A stretch of DNA of 61,342 bases from an uncultured Bradyrhizobium sp. (GTDB lineage: Bacteria; Pseudomonadota; Alphaproteobacteria; Rhizobiales; Xanthobacteraceae). Positions 9,940-19,850 of this stretch are shown piece by piece. The position numbers were made by a program, and so were the translations under genes. The stretch spans positions 1 to 61,342 of the forward strand of contig CAYVVB010000490.1 of the NCBI GenBank assembly GCA_964454955.1, read 5' to 3'. Every line of letters starts with the position of its first letter. The stretch's first letter is position 1. The notes below the pieces were generated by a model. It saw only the letters and a list, made by a program, of their open reading frames with translations, did not search any database and was not told the origin of the DNA.

Positions 9940-10422
9940 ATGACGACCCAAGCAATCACCCTGGACGAAGCCACGGCCTTTACCTGGTACGAGGCCGACC
10001 TGCTCGACAACGCCGAGTACGATGAATGGTTAGGGCTGTGGACGCCCGATGCCCGTTACGTGGTGCCGATCGAGCCCGGCGAGACTGATTTCGAGAACAC
10101 GCTGAATTATATCTATGACGACCACACCATGCGCGAGAAGCGCGTGGCGCGGCTGCGCAACGGCCAGTCGATCTCGACGTCTCCGGTGGCGCGCACCGTC
10201 CGTGTGCAGTCGCGGTTTCGGCTGCTCCAGTCGGACGCCAACGCTTGCGAGCTGCGCTGCGCGCAGATACTCACCGAATGCCGGCGCGGCCGCGAGCGCA
10301 GCTATACTGCTGACGTTCAACTCAGCCTGGTGCGTCACGAGGGCAAGCTCAGGATCGCCCGCAAGGTCGTGCGGCTGATCAACTCGACCGACGCCCTCAA
10401 CGGCATCGGTTATATTCTGTGA
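9940..10422 (+). CDS. iacD: Ring-hydroxylating oxygenase beta subunit
   Basis: EADLLD...YDEWLGLW, RIARKVVRL; GAGGA before ATG 9940. Confidence 0.8.
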   Translation: MTTQAITLDEATAFTWYEADLLDNAEYDEWLGLWTPDARYVVPIEPGETDFENTLNYIYDDHTMREKRVARLRNGQSISTSPVARTVRVQSRFRLLQSDANACELRCAQILTECRRGRERSYTADVQLSLVRHEGKLRIARKVVRLINSTDALNGIGYIL

Positions 10423-11177
10423 TGACCATGACCGAACAAGCTCGGGTCGCGGTGGTCACTGGTGGCGGCAGCGGAGTTGGTGAAGCAATCGCCCGGGTGC
10501 TGCACGGCGGCGGCTACCGCGTCGTGGTCGCCGATATCGACGAGGCGGCGGCGCAGCGCGTGGCCGCCGCGCTCGATCCTTCGGCCGGAACGGCAACCGC
10601 GCAGCGGCTGGACGTGCGCGAGAAGCCGCAATTTGAAGCCGCCCTTCAGGCGGCTGTTGCGCGTTGGGGCAGCGTGCAGGCGCTCGTCAACAACGCCGCC
10701 GTCACGGTCGCCCGTCCCGTCATGGAGATTTCGCCTGAGGAATTCGACGCGGTGATCGCAGTGAACCTCCGCGGCACATTCCTCGGCTGCCAGGTGTTCG
10801 GAGCCTATTTCCGCGACCGTGGCCACGGGCGCATCATCAACATGGCCTCGCTTGCCGGCCAGAACGGCGGCACCGCGACCGGTGCCCATTACGCGGCTTC
10901 CAAGGGGGGCATTATCACGCTTACCAAGGTGTTTGCCCGAGACCTCGGTCCCGCGGGCGTCACCGTGAACGCGATTGCGCCGGGCCCGATCGATTCGCCC
11001 ATGGTCCGTCGCACGCTGACGCCGGAGCTGCTGGCCGGTCTGAAGGCAACGATCCCGGTCGGCCAGATTGGGGAAGCCTCATTCATCGGCCAATTGGTGC
11101 TGCAGCTGGCCTCGCCGGACGCGGCGTTCGCCAACGGTGCGACCTGGGACGTCAACGGCGGCCTCTATCTTCGCTAG
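10422..11177 (+). CDS. iacE: Short-chain dehydrogenase/reductase
   Basis: TGGGSGVG, NNAA, YAASK; start overlaps the upstream stop. Confidence 0.8.
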   Translation: MTMTEQARVAVVTGGGSGVGEAIARVLHGGGYRVVVADIDEAAAQRVAAALDPSAGTATAQRLDVREKPQFEAALQAAVARWGSVQALVNNAAVTVARPVMEISPEEFDAVIAVNLRGTFLGCQVFGAYFRDRGHGRIINMASLAGQNGGTATGAHYAASKGGIITLTKVFARDLGPAGVTVNAIAPGPIDSPMVRRTLTPELLAGLKATIPVGQIGEASFIGQLVLQLASPDAAFANGATWDVNGGLYLR

Positions 11178-11273
11178 AGCAGGATGCCCGGCATCCGCCC
11201 CTCCGGAGAACCAGCGTCCACTCTTTCGGATACTGCCCCAGGTACGATACGAAACGATCGAGATGCTGTGATC

Positions 11274-12233
11274 ATGAGTGAGCAGACCATGGATGTTGTC
11301 GTCGCGAGCCGCGCGGAGGCTGCGGAAGGGATCATCGTCCTCGACCTGGTGGCCGACAAGGAAGGGTCTCTGCCGAGTTTCGAGCCTGGTGCCCATGTCG
11401 ATGTGCATCTCGGTCCCGATCTGGTCCGGCCATATTCGCTGTGCGGCGATCCTGCCGATCGCACGCGCTACCGGCTCGGTATCCTGCTCGCGGAGCAGTC
11501 ACGCGGCGGATCGGCGGCAATTCACCGGAACGTCCGCGCCGGCGACCGGCTGCGCATCGGGCTGCCGCGCAATCACTTTCCGCTGGCGAGCGAGGCGAGC
11601 CGGTCGGTTCTGGTTGGTGGCGGCATCGGCGTCACACCGTTGCTCGCCATGGCCCGTCACTGCATCAACAAGCGCAAAGACTTCACCCTGCACTATTGCA
11701 CACGGACCCGCGGCAAGGCCGCTTTCCTTGACGAGCTGGCGCAAGAGCCGCTGCGCAGCCGGACCGCGCTCCATTTCGATGATGGCGCCTCCGAGCAAAG
11801 GTTCGTTCCGGAGCGCGACCTGCCACCTCCCGAACCTGGCACCCATCTCTATGTTTGCGGCCCGGCCGGTTTCATGGACTGGGTGATCGCGGAAGCGCGC
11901 CGACTCGGGTTCAAGGAAGCGCAGATCCACCGCGAATATTTCGAGGCGGAAGTCGACACCAGCGGCAGCGCTTTCGAGGTGAGACTGGCCAGATCCGGCC
12001 GCAGCATCGCGGTGCCCGCCGGAGTCTCCATCGTCAAAGCGCTGGCAGCGGCGGGGATCAAGATCGAGGTATCATGCGAGCAAGGGATCTGCGGTACCTG
12101 CATGTGCAGCGTGCTCGAAGGCGTGCCCGACCATCGCGACAATTATCTGACGGACGAGGAAAAGGCCGCGAATGACCAGATACTGCTGTGTTGCTCGCGG
12201 TCGAAAACTCCAACACTTGTGCTCGACCTCTAG
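11274..12233 (+). CDS. iacF: PDR/VanB-family reductase (flavin + 2Fe-2S)
   Basis: RPYSL, GGIGVTP, YVCGP, CEQGICGTC...C. Confidence 0.8.
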   Translation: MSEQTMDVVVASRAEAAEGIIVLDLVADKEGSLPSFEPGAHVDVHLGPDLVRPYSLCGDPADRTRYRLGILLAEQSRGGSAAIHRNVRAGDRLRIGLPRNHFPLASEASRSVLVGGGIGVTPLLAMARHCINKRKDFTLHYCTRTRGKAAFLDELAQEPLRSRTALHFDDGASEQRFVPERDLPPPEPGTHLYVCGPAGFMDWVIAEARRLGFKEAQIHREYFEAEVDTSGSAFEVRLARSGRSIAVPAGVSIVKALAAAGIKIEVSCEQGICGTCMCSVLEGVPDHRDNYLTDEEKAANDQILLCCSRSKTPTLVLDL

Positions 12234-12248
12234 CCGGAGTCGCCTGTC

Positions 12249-12785
12249 ATGACACCCATCGCCAAGAGCGAATATCGTGACGCCATGAGCCGGCTCGGGG
12301 CCGCTGTCAACGTCATCACCACGGACGGCCCGGCCGGGCGCCACGGCCTAACTGCTTCGGCGGTCTGCAGCGTCACCGATACGCCGCCGACGCTCCTCGT
12401 CTGCGTCAACCGCCATGCCGGCGCTCATGCGAGCCTCATCAGCAACCGCGTCCTGTGCGTTAATGTCTTGACCGGGCGGCATCGGGATCTATCCAGTGCC
12501 TTCGGCGGCGGCAAGGGACTGGACATCGCGGACCGCTTTGCCGGTGCCTCGTGGCGCGAGCTGACGACAGGGGCTCCGGCGCTGACTGACGCTTCTGTCA
12601 GCCTTGACTGCCGGATCGTTCATTCCAAGGAGATCGGCACGCACACGGTCTTCTTCGGCGAAGTCGTCGATCTCGCGCTCGCGCCCGACGCCGAAGGCTT
12701 GATCTATTTCGACCGCGCCTATCACCCATTGCCGGGCGCAGCACCGACGCGATCCGACAACGAAACGGGAGACCACGTCAGATGA
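12249..12785 (+). CDS. iacG: Flavin reductase (HpaC/RutF-like), likely partner of IacA
   Basis: GAAVNVITT, SAVCSVTDTPPTLLVC, GTHTVFFG. Confidence 0.8.
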   Translation: MTPIAKSEYRDAMSRLGAAVNVITTDGPAGRHGLTASAVCSVTDTPPTLLVCVNRHAGAHASLISNRVLCVNVLTGRHRDLSSAFGGGKGLDIADRFAGASWRELTTGAPALTDASVSLDCRIVHSKEIGTHTVFFGEVVDLALAPDAEGLIYFDRAYHPLPGAAPTRSDNETGDHVR

Positions 12786-13348
12786 CACTGGAAGACCTGT
12801 CGGCAAGGCTCGACGCCCTGCAGAACGAAGTGCATGTGCTGCGCGCGGAAGCCGACATCCGCCGGCTGCAGACCCGCTATATGTTCCTGTGCGATACTCC
12901 GTGTCCCGAGGCCGGCGTCGACGATGACGCCGAGCGTATCAACCGCATCCTTGATCTCTATACCGAGGACGCGATCTGGGAGGGCGTCGGCGCCTATTAC
13001 GACGACCAGTTCGGCCGCAGCGTCGGCAAGGCCGCGATCCGCAAGCACTTCGAGGCGTTCTGGGGCACGAAGCGCGATCCGGCGCTGCTGCTCAACGTCC
13101 ATTATCTCACCTCGGAACAGATCCATGTGCATGGCGATGAGGCGGAGGGCCAATGGGTGCATTGCCAGCCCTGGATCTTCAGCGACGGCTCTTCGCTGCT
13201 GCGCTCTAGCCGGCTCAACAATGCATTCCGCAAAGTGAACGGCGTCTGGAAAGTGTCACGTACACGCACGGAAAATGTCTTTGTCGCGCCGCTCGCGCCG
13301 GGTTGGGCCAACAGCATTCCAGAGCGCTCCCTGCTCATGCGCGTCTAG
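12782..13348 (+). CDS. iacI: SnoaL/NTF2-like protein, IacI-like
   Basis: IRRLQTRYMFLCD, LYTEDAIWEG, LNVHYLTSEQI, TENVF; ATGA overlap with upstream gene. Confidence 0.65.
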   Translation: MTLEDLSARLDALQNEVHVLRAEADIRRLQTRYMFLCDTPCPEAGVDDDAERINRILDLYTEDAIWEGVGAYYDDQFGRSVGKAAIRKHFEAFWGTKRDPALLLNVHYLTSEQIHVHGDEAEGQWVHCQPWIFSDGSSLLRSSRLNNAFRKVNGVWKVSRTRTENVFVAPLAPGWANSIPERSLLMRV

Positions 13349-13386
13349 AAGCGCCAACCACCGATCCCCCTAACCCAGGAGTCACC

Positions 13387-13794
13387 ATGCCCGCTTCTCT
13401 CGATGCCTTCGCCTCCGCCGCTGCCGGCGAGATCGATGCGCTGCACCGCCTGCTGCAGGCCTGGTTTCGTGCCGAAGGCAACAATGATCCCGCCCCGATC
13501 CTCGCGCATTTCGATGAGGGGTACACGATGCTTAACCCGGCCGGTAAGCTCATCACCTATCGACAATTTCGGGAGGGGCTGCCCGGCATGCGCGGGACCC
13601 GGCCGACGTTGATCATGGAGATCAGTAACGTGGTTGTCCGCCACATCGATGAAGGCGCGGCGCTCGTCACCTATCAGGAGAAGCAGATCCAGGATTCCGG
13701 AGCAAACAACCGCGTCTCCACGGCGCTGCTGCTAAACCGCAGCGACCGGCCCACGCCAGTATGGCGGCATCTGCAGGAAACCTGGTTGAGCTGA
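13387..13794 (+). CDS. iacB: DUF4440/NTF2-like protein, IacB-like
   Basis: LH..LQAWF, YQEKQ, R.STAL, C-terminal WRHLQET; AGGAG before ATG. Confidence 0.65.
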   Translation: MPASLDAFASAAAGEIDALHRLLQAWFRAEGNNDPAPILAHFDEGYTMLNPAGKLITYRQFREGLPGMRGTRPTLIMEISNVVVRHIDEGAALVTYQEKQIQDSGANNRVSTALLLNRSDRPTPVWRHLQETWLS

Positions 13795-13826
13795 GCGTCC
13801 CGGGAGGACGAGAAGCGGAGCAGACG

Positions 13827-14015
13827 ATGGCGACCAAGGCGGAGATGTGGAAACTGTACCGGTTTCGCGGCTATCGTGTTCGCGTCATCCAGCAATGGCG
13901 GGACCCGTTCGGTGTGCCGTTTGTGCGGATCGAAACCGCTGATGACGACGGCGCGATCGCCGGGGGCATGAGCGAAGCCGTCTTCCTGCAGGACGCCGTC
14001 TCCATCGAAGAATAG
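13827..14015 (+). CDS. Small hypothetical protein (62 aa)
   Basis: GGAG RBS; MATKAEMWKLYRFRGYRVRVIQQWRDPFG... Confidence 0.55.
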   Translation: MATKAEMWKLYRFRGYRVRVIQQWRDPFGVPFVRIETADDDGAIAGGMSEAVFLQDAVSIEE

Positions 14016-14326
14016 CGGCGGCGCCATCGGCTGGCCGCGGGCCATGCGCTCCTTGCAGCAGAACGCAACGGGAACACGACGGCTCCCGGACTCGGATTGG
14101 CGAAGAACGCCAAGCATTTAGCCCGGATTCCTAGCGTGGTGTAGCAGCCTAGAGGCTGCATAGCCCGCTTCGGCGCACGAGTATCGGCCCGCTGGTCTGA
14201 AAGCCGATATTGCCGCCGTGCACGCGCGCTGCAATAAGCGCTCATCACCGGAGTCGAAGCTGGCCGCCGCGGCTGCGCCGTGCAGGGTTCCAGCCCACAA
14301 CGACAAGAAACTTAGGGAGACACGAA

Positions 14327-15346
14327 ATGAGCTTTTCACGACGCACACTATTGAAGGCTTCCGCTGCCTCGGCGGTCCTGGGCGGCCTTGGAGCCCCCAT
14401 GGTGGCGCGGGCTCAGGCGGCCGAATTTTCGTACAAGTACGCCAACAACCTGCCGGACACCCATCCGATGAACACGCGCGCCAAAGAGATGGCGGCGGCA
14501 ATCAAGGCGGAGACGAATGGCCGTTTTGACCTGCAGATCTTTCCGAACAACCAGCTCGGTTCCGATACCGATATGCTGAGCCAGATCCGCTCCGGCGGCA
14601 TCGAGTTTTTCACGCTGTCGGGCCTGATCCTTTCGACGCTGGTGCCGGCGGCTTCGATCAATGGCATCGGCTTTGCCTTCCCGGATTATGACACGGTCTG
14701 GAAGGCCATGGACGGCGATCTCGGCACGCATGTGCGCGGCGAAATCAGGAAGGCCGGCCTCGAGGTCATGGACAATATCTGGGACAACGGCTTCCGCCAA
14801 ACCACGTCATCGACCAGGCCCATCAACGGTCCGGAAGATCTTAAGGGTTTCAAGATCCGCGTTCCGGTTTCGCCGCTCTGGACCTCGATGTTCAAGGCTT
14901 TTGAAGCGGCGCCCGCCTCGATCAATTTCAGCGAGGTGTATTCGGCGTTGCAGACCAAGGTTGTCGAAGGTCAGGAGAATCCGCTGGCGATCATTTCCAC
15001 CGCGAAGCTCTACGAAGTGCAGAAATACTGCTCGCTGACCAATCATATGTGGGACGGCTTCTGGTTCCTGGCCAATCGCCGCGCATGGGAGGCCGTGCCG
15101 GCCGATCTTCGCACCATCGTTGCCAAGCACATCAATGCCGCGGCGGTGAACCAGCGCGCCGATGTCGCCAAGCTTAATGCCGGCTTGCAGCAAGAGCTGG
15201 CCGCCAAGGGCCTCGTGTTCAATCAGCCCAACACGGCGCCGTTCCGCGACAAGCTGCGGTCAGCAGGCTTCTATGCCGAGTGGAAGGGCAAATACGGCGA
15301 GCAGGCCTGGGCGCTGCTGGAAAAGGCGGCCGGGAAACTGTCGTAA
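14327..15346 (+). CDS. dctP: TRAP substrate-binding protein DctP with Tat signal
   Basis: SRRTLLK Tat motif; DNGFRQ, KIRVP, EVYSALQTKVVEGQENP. Confidence 0.93.
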   Translation: MSFSRRTLLKASAASAVLGGLGAPMVARAQAAEFSYKYANNLPDTHPMNTRAKEMAAAIKAETNGRFDLQIFPNNQLGSDTDMLSQIRSGGIEFFTLSGLILSTLVPAASINGIGFAFPDYDTVWKAMDGDLGTHVRGEIRKAGLEVMDNIWDNGFRQTTSSTRPINGPEDLKGFKIRVPVSPLWTSMFKAFEAAPASINFSEVYSALQTKVVEGQENPLAIISTAKLYEVQKYCSLTNHMWDGFWFLANRRAWEAVPADLRTIVAKHINAAAVNQRADVAKLNAGLQQELAAKGLVFNQPNTAPFRDKLRSAGFYAEWKGKYGEQAWALLEKAAGKLS

Positions 15347-15360
15347 GGTAGGGGACGCCC

Positions 15361-17247
15361 ATGGCCCACGTCGAAATCACGGAAATCACGATCGGTGAGG
15401 TGGCTTTGATGCCGCCTCCCCGCCCTTCCCTGGTGGCGTCGACCGAGCGTGTGCTGGGCCTCTTGGTCGAAATCCCGGCGGCGATCCTTGTCGTCGCCGA
15501 GATCGTCATTCTGTTTGCCGGCGTGGTGGCACGCTATGGGCTGCGCCAGCCCCTGATCTGGTCGGATGAACTGGCCTCGATCCTGTTCCTGTGGCTGGCG
15601 ATGCTGGGCGCTGCAGTCGCGTTCCGCCGCGCCGAACATATGCGGATGACTGCGATCGTGGCCAGCGCACGCCCTGCCTTGCGCGCCTATCTCGACCTGG
15701 TTGCGACTTGCGCTGCGCTGGCGTTTCTGCTGCTGATCGTCTGGCCGGCCTGCCAATACGCGTATGAGGAAAGCTTCATCGTCACGCCGGCCCTGCAGAT
15801 CCAGAATATCTGGCGAGCACTGGCGCTGCCGGTCGGTATTTGCATGATGGCGTTGTTTGCGCTGCTGCGACTGGCGCGCACCGGCGATGCGAAGCTGGTC
15901 GCGGCCGCTGTCATTTCGGTGGCCGTCGTCATCGGTTTGTTCTGGCTGGCGCAGCCCTGGTTAAGGCCGCTCGGCAATCTCAACCTGGTCATCTTTTTCG
16001 TCGGTGTCGCCGGATTCTGCGTGTTTGCGGGCGTGCCGATCGCATTCGGTTTTGGGCTCGCGATCTTCGGCTATCTCGCGCTGACCACGCACACGCCGCT
16101 GATGGTTCTGGTCGGACGGATGGATGAGGGCATGAGCCACCTGATTCTGCTCGCGGTTCCGCTGTTCGTGTTTCTGGGGCTCCTGATCGAGATGACCGGC
16201 ATGGCGCGCGCCATGGTGGCGTTCCTGGCCAGCCTGCTCGGCCATGTCCGCGGCGGCCTGCATTACGTGCTGGTCGGCGCCATGTACCTGGTGTCGGGCA
16301 TTTCCGGCTCGAAGGCGGCGGATATGGCTGCGGTGGCGCCTGTGCTTTTTCCGGAAATGAAGCAGCGCGGCGCCCGACCCGGCGATCTCGTTGCGCTGCT
16401 GGCCGCCACCGGCGCCCAGACCGAGACCATCCCGCCCAGCCTTGTGCTGATCACCATCGGCTCGGTGACGGGGGTTTCGATTTCGGCGCTGTTCACTGGC
16501 GGGCTTCTCCCCGCGGTGGTGCTGGCGGTCACGCTGTCGGCGCTGGTCTGGTGGCGCTACCGCAAGGAGGATCTGAGCCATGTGCACCGTGCGAGCTTGG
16601 ATGAGGTGGTCCGTACCCTGATCGTCGCCCTGCCCGCGCTGGCGCTGCCCTTCGTGATCCGCGCCGCCGTCGTCGAGGGCATCGCGACCGCGACTGAGGT
16701 TTCCACGATCGGCATCGTCTACGGCGTCGTGGTCGGGCTTCTCGTCTACCGTCGTTTCGACTGGCACCGTCTGCTCCCAATGCTGATCGAGACGGCTTCG
16801 CTGTCCGGCGCCATCCTGCTGATCATCGGCACGGCGACCGGAATGGCCTGGGGGCTGACCCAATCCGGATTTTCCCGCGCGCTGGCAAGCGCCATGACGG
16901 GCCTGCCCGGTGGGGCTGCCTCCTTCCTCGCGGTCTCGATTCTGGCCTTTATGATCCTTGGCAGCGTATTGGAGGGGATTCCAGCAGTCGTGCTGTTTGG
17001 CCCGCTCCTGTTTCCCATCGCGCGGACCGTAGGCGTGCATGAGGTGCACTACGCCATGGTCATCATCCTCGCCATGGGCATCGGATTATTCGCTCCGCCC
17101 TTCGGTGTAGGCTATTATGCGGCATGTGCGATCGGGCGGGTTGATCCGGCGCAAGGCATCCGTCCGATCTGGGGCTATTTGCTGGCGCTCCTGATCGGAC
17201 TTGTTGTCGTTGCGGTGTTTCCATGGATCTCGATCGGATTCCTATAG
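15361..17247 (+). CDS. Fused TRAP permease DctQM
   Basis: DctQ-like WSDELA..., DctM-like ISGSKAAD, IPPS, ATATEVS; many TM segments. Confidence 0.92.
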   Translation: MAHVEITEITIGEVALMPPPRPSLVASTERVLGLLVEIPAAILVVAEIVILFAGVVARYGLRQPLIWSDELASILFLWLAMLGAAVAFRRAEHMRMTAIVASARPALRAYLDLVATCAALAFLLLIVWPACQYAYEESFIVTPALQIQNIWRALALPVGICMMALFALLRLARTGDAKLVAAAVISVAVVIGLFWLAQPWLRPLGNLNLVIFFVGVAGFCVFAGVPIAFGFGLAIFGYLALTTHTPLMVLVGRMDEGMSHLILLAVPLFVFLGLLIEMTGMARAMVAFLASLLGHVRGGLHYVLVGAMYLVSGISGSKAADMAAVAPVLFPEMKQRGARPGDLVALLAATGAQTETIPPSLVLITIGSVTGVSISALFTGGLLPAVVLAVTLSALVWWRYRKEDLSHVHRASLDEVVRTLIVALPALALPFVIRAAVVEGIATATEVSTIGIVYGVVVGLLVYRRFDWHRLLPMLIETASLSGAILLIIGTATGMAWGLTQSGFSRALASAMTGLPGGAASFLAVSILAFMILGSVLEGIPAVVLFGPLLFPIARTVGVHEVHYAMVIILAMGIGLFAPPFGVGYYAACAIGRVDPAQGIRPIWGYLLALLIGLVVVAVFPWISIGFL

Positions 17248-17273
17248 AGATTTTGCAAAACGGGAGGTGACCG

Positions 17274-18923
17274 ATGGGTAGCAGGCAGAACCAGTACGAC
17301 ATCGGCCTCGACAAGAATGCAGCCAATTACGTTCCCTTGACGCCGCTGAGCTTTCTTGCGCGCAGTGCGGCGGTCTTTCCCGACCATACCAGCGCAGTCT
17401 ATGAGGGCCGGCACTTCACCTGGGCGGAAACTTACGCGCGCTGCCGGCGCTTTGCTTCTTTTCTTGCCGGTAAAGGCATCGGTGTCGGCGACACGGTCGC
17501 GGCGATGCTGCCGAACGTGCCGGCGATGAACGAACTGCATTTTGCCGTACCGATGGTTGGGGCGATCCTGAACGCGCTGAACATCCGCCTCGATGCCCCC
17601 TCGATCGCATTCCAGCTCGATCATGGCGGCGCCAGGATCATCATGGTCGACCCGGAATTTTCGGCCGTGATCGCCGAGGCGCTCACGCTGATGAGTGGAC
17701 CGAAGCCATTCGTGATCGACGTTGACGACGGCGCCTTCACTGGCGGCAAGCGCATCGGGGAGATCGAATACGAGGCTGCCGTTGCCTTCGGCGATCCCGC
17801 TTTCGCGCCGCGTTATCCCGATGACGAATGGAACGCAATTGCGCTCGGCTACACCTCGGGCACGACCGGAAACCCGAAGGGCGTGGTGACCCATCATCGC
17901 GGCGCCTATCTGAACGCGGTCAGCAACATTCTCGCGGGCGGGCTCGGCCAGCATCCAGTCTATCTTTGGACGTTGCCGATGTTTCACTGCAACGGCTGGT
18001 GCTTTCCCTGGACAATCGCGGCTGCAGCCGGCGTCAATGTCTGCCTGCGCAAGGTCGAGCCGACCAAGATCTTTGAGCTGATCAAGGCGCATGGCGTCAC
18101 TCACATGTGCGGCGCGCCGATCGTCTACAATACTTTGATCAACGCTCCGGACGCGCCCAAGGCCACGGCGGCGCGGCGAGTGGCCGGTCTAATTGCGGGC
18201 GCGGCGCCGCCGGTTGCGGTGCTGGAGGGCGCCGAGAGCATCGGCATCAAACTCACCCACGTCTATGGATTGACCGAGGTCTACGGCCCCGCTTCGGTTT
18301 GCGCGGAGCAGCCGGGCTGGGACGAACTGCCGGCTGCGGCGCGCGCGCAGATGAAGCGGCGTCAGGGCGTGCCCTACCCGATGGAAGAAGCCGTCACCGT
18401 GCTCGATCCCCAGACCATGTGCGAAGTGCCGCATGACGGCCAGACCATCGGCGAAGTGATGTTCCGTGGCAACATCGTCATGAAGGGCTACCTGAAAAAC
18501 GAGAAGGCGACCAAGGAAGCCTTCGAAGGCGGCTGGTTTCATACCGGCGACCTCGGCGTGCTCGACGAACACGGCTATGTCATCATCAAGGACCGCTCTA
18601 AGGACATCATCATCTCCGGCGGAGAGAATGTCTCGTCCGTCGAGGTCGAGGACGTGCTCTACAAGCATCCGGCGGTGCTGTTCGCCGCTGTGGTGGCAAA
18701 GCCCGATCCGAAATGGGGCGAAGTGCCCTGCGCCTTCGTCGAGTTGAAGGATGGCGCGACCGCGACCGAAGCGGATATCATCGCCTTCTGCCGCGGCCAC
18801 ATGTCAGGCTTCAAGACGCCCAAGGTCGTGGTGTTCGGGCCGATCCCGAAGACTTCGACCGGAAAGATCCAGAAATTCCTGCTGCGCAATCAGGTCGGAT
18901 CGGCAACGGCGATTACGGCCTGA
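17274..18923 (+). CDS. Acyl-CoA synthetase (AMP-forming)
   Basis: YTSGTTGNPKG, YGLTE, GWFHTGDLG, PKTSTGKIQK. Confidence 0.93.
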   Translation: MGSRQNQYDIGLDKNAANYVPLTPLSFLARSAAVFPDHTSAVYEGRHFTWAETYARCRRFASFLAGKGIGVGDTVAAMLPNVPAMNELHFAVPMVGAILNALNIRLDAPSIAFQLDHGGARIIMVDPEFSAVIAEALTLMSGPKPFVIDVDDGAFTGGKRIGEIEYEAAVAFGDPAFAPRYPDDEWNAIALGYTSGTTGNPKGVVTHHRGAYLNAVSNILAGGLGQHPVYLWTLPMFHCNGWCFPWTIAAAAGVNVCLRKVEPTKIFELIKAHGVTHMCGAPIVYNTLINAPDAPKATAARRVAGLIAGAAPPVAVLEGAESIGIKLTHVYGLTEVYGPASVCAEQPGWDELPAAARAQMKRRQGVPYPMEEAVTVLDPQTMCEVPHDGQTIGEVMFRGNIVMKGYLKNEKATKEAFEGGWFHTGDLGVLDEHGYVIIKDRSKDIIISGGENVSSVEVEDVLYKHPAVLFAAVVAKPDPKWGEVPCAFVELKDGATATEADIIAFCRGHMSGFKTPKVVVFGPIPKTSTGKIQKFLLRNQVGSATAITA

Positions 18924-18958
18924 GGCCGTGTTGCTAAATAGCGGTTCGGCGATTGTCT

Positions 18959-19056
18959 CCGTCGTCCCAGGGTGATGCCAAGCATCGAACCCGGAATCTC
19001 GAGATTCCGGGTTTGCCTCTTCGAGGCGCCCTGGAATGACGGCCTTCGGCCGTCAT
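18959..19056. repeat. RIME/REP-like palindromic intergenic element
   Basis: Imperfect terminal IR CCGTCGTCCCAGGGTG / CGCCCTGGAATGACGG around a perfect 26-bp palindrome AACCCGGAATCTCGAGATTCCGGGTT (18988-19013); lies between convergent genes. Confidence 0.75.
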
Positions 19057-19850
19057 CTCACCTCCAGCTGCATACCGTCATACGCCGGCACGACATTGTC
19101 CGGCAGCTTGTGCCGTAGTGCCTCATAGTCCAGGTCGGAATGCATGTTGGTGATGACCGCGCGGCGGGGCTTGAAGCGCTCGATCCAGGACAATGCGTCG
19201 TCGACGCTGAAATGGCTGGGATGAGGCGCATAGCGCAGGCCATCGAGAATCCACAGGTCGAGATCTTCCAACAGCGACCAACTCTCCGGCGGGATATCGC
19301 TGAGATCGGGCGAATAGGCGGCATTGCCGATACGATAGCCGAGCGCGGGAATATGGCCGTGCTGGACGAGGAAGGCGGACATTTTCACAGCGCCGCCCTT
19401 CCCCTCGATCTTGCGGCTTTCGTTCGCCTCGATCGCGTGGCGCTCGAGGATCGGCGGGTAATCGCTGCCTTCCGGCGAGATGAAGCAGTAAGAGAATCTC
19501 GCCATCATGTCTTTGGCGGTCGACATGTTGAAGTAAGTCGGGATGCGCCGGCGCTGGTGCAAAACCACAGAGCGCAGATCGTCAATTCCATGCGTCTGAT
19601 CGGCATGCTCGTGGGTCAGAAACACCGCATCGATATGATCGACTTTGGCGTCAATCAATTGCTCGCGCAGGTCCGGCGAGGTATCGATCAGGACCCGTGT
19701 GGTGCCGGGATTTGAGACACGCTCGACCAAAAGCGAGCATCGGCGGCGGCGGTTTTTCGGATTGTTGGGATCGCATTTGCCCCAGCCGAGCGCCGGGCGC
19801 GGGACGCCGGCCGAAGAGCCGCAGCCGAGAATTGTGAGCGTGAGCGTCAT
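19053..19850 (-). CDS. MBL-fold metallo-hydrolase (PhnP-like)
   Basis: ILGCGSSAGVP, THEHADQTHGIDD; ATGA overlap with tatD stop sets the start at 19850. Confidence 0.92.
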   Translation of the reverse strand: MTLTLTILGCGSSAGVPRPALGWGKCDPNNPKNRRRRCSLLVERVSNPGTTRVLIDTSPDLREQLIDAKVDHIDAVFLTHEHADQTHGIDDLRSVVLHQRRRIPTYFNMSTAKDMMARFSYCFISPEGSDYPPILERHAIEANESRKIEGKGGAVKMSAFLVQHGHIPALGYRIGNAAYSPDLSDIPPESWSLLEDLDLWILDGLRYAPHPSHFSVDDALSWIERFKPRRAVITNMHSDLDYEALRHKLPDNVVPAYDGMQLEVR

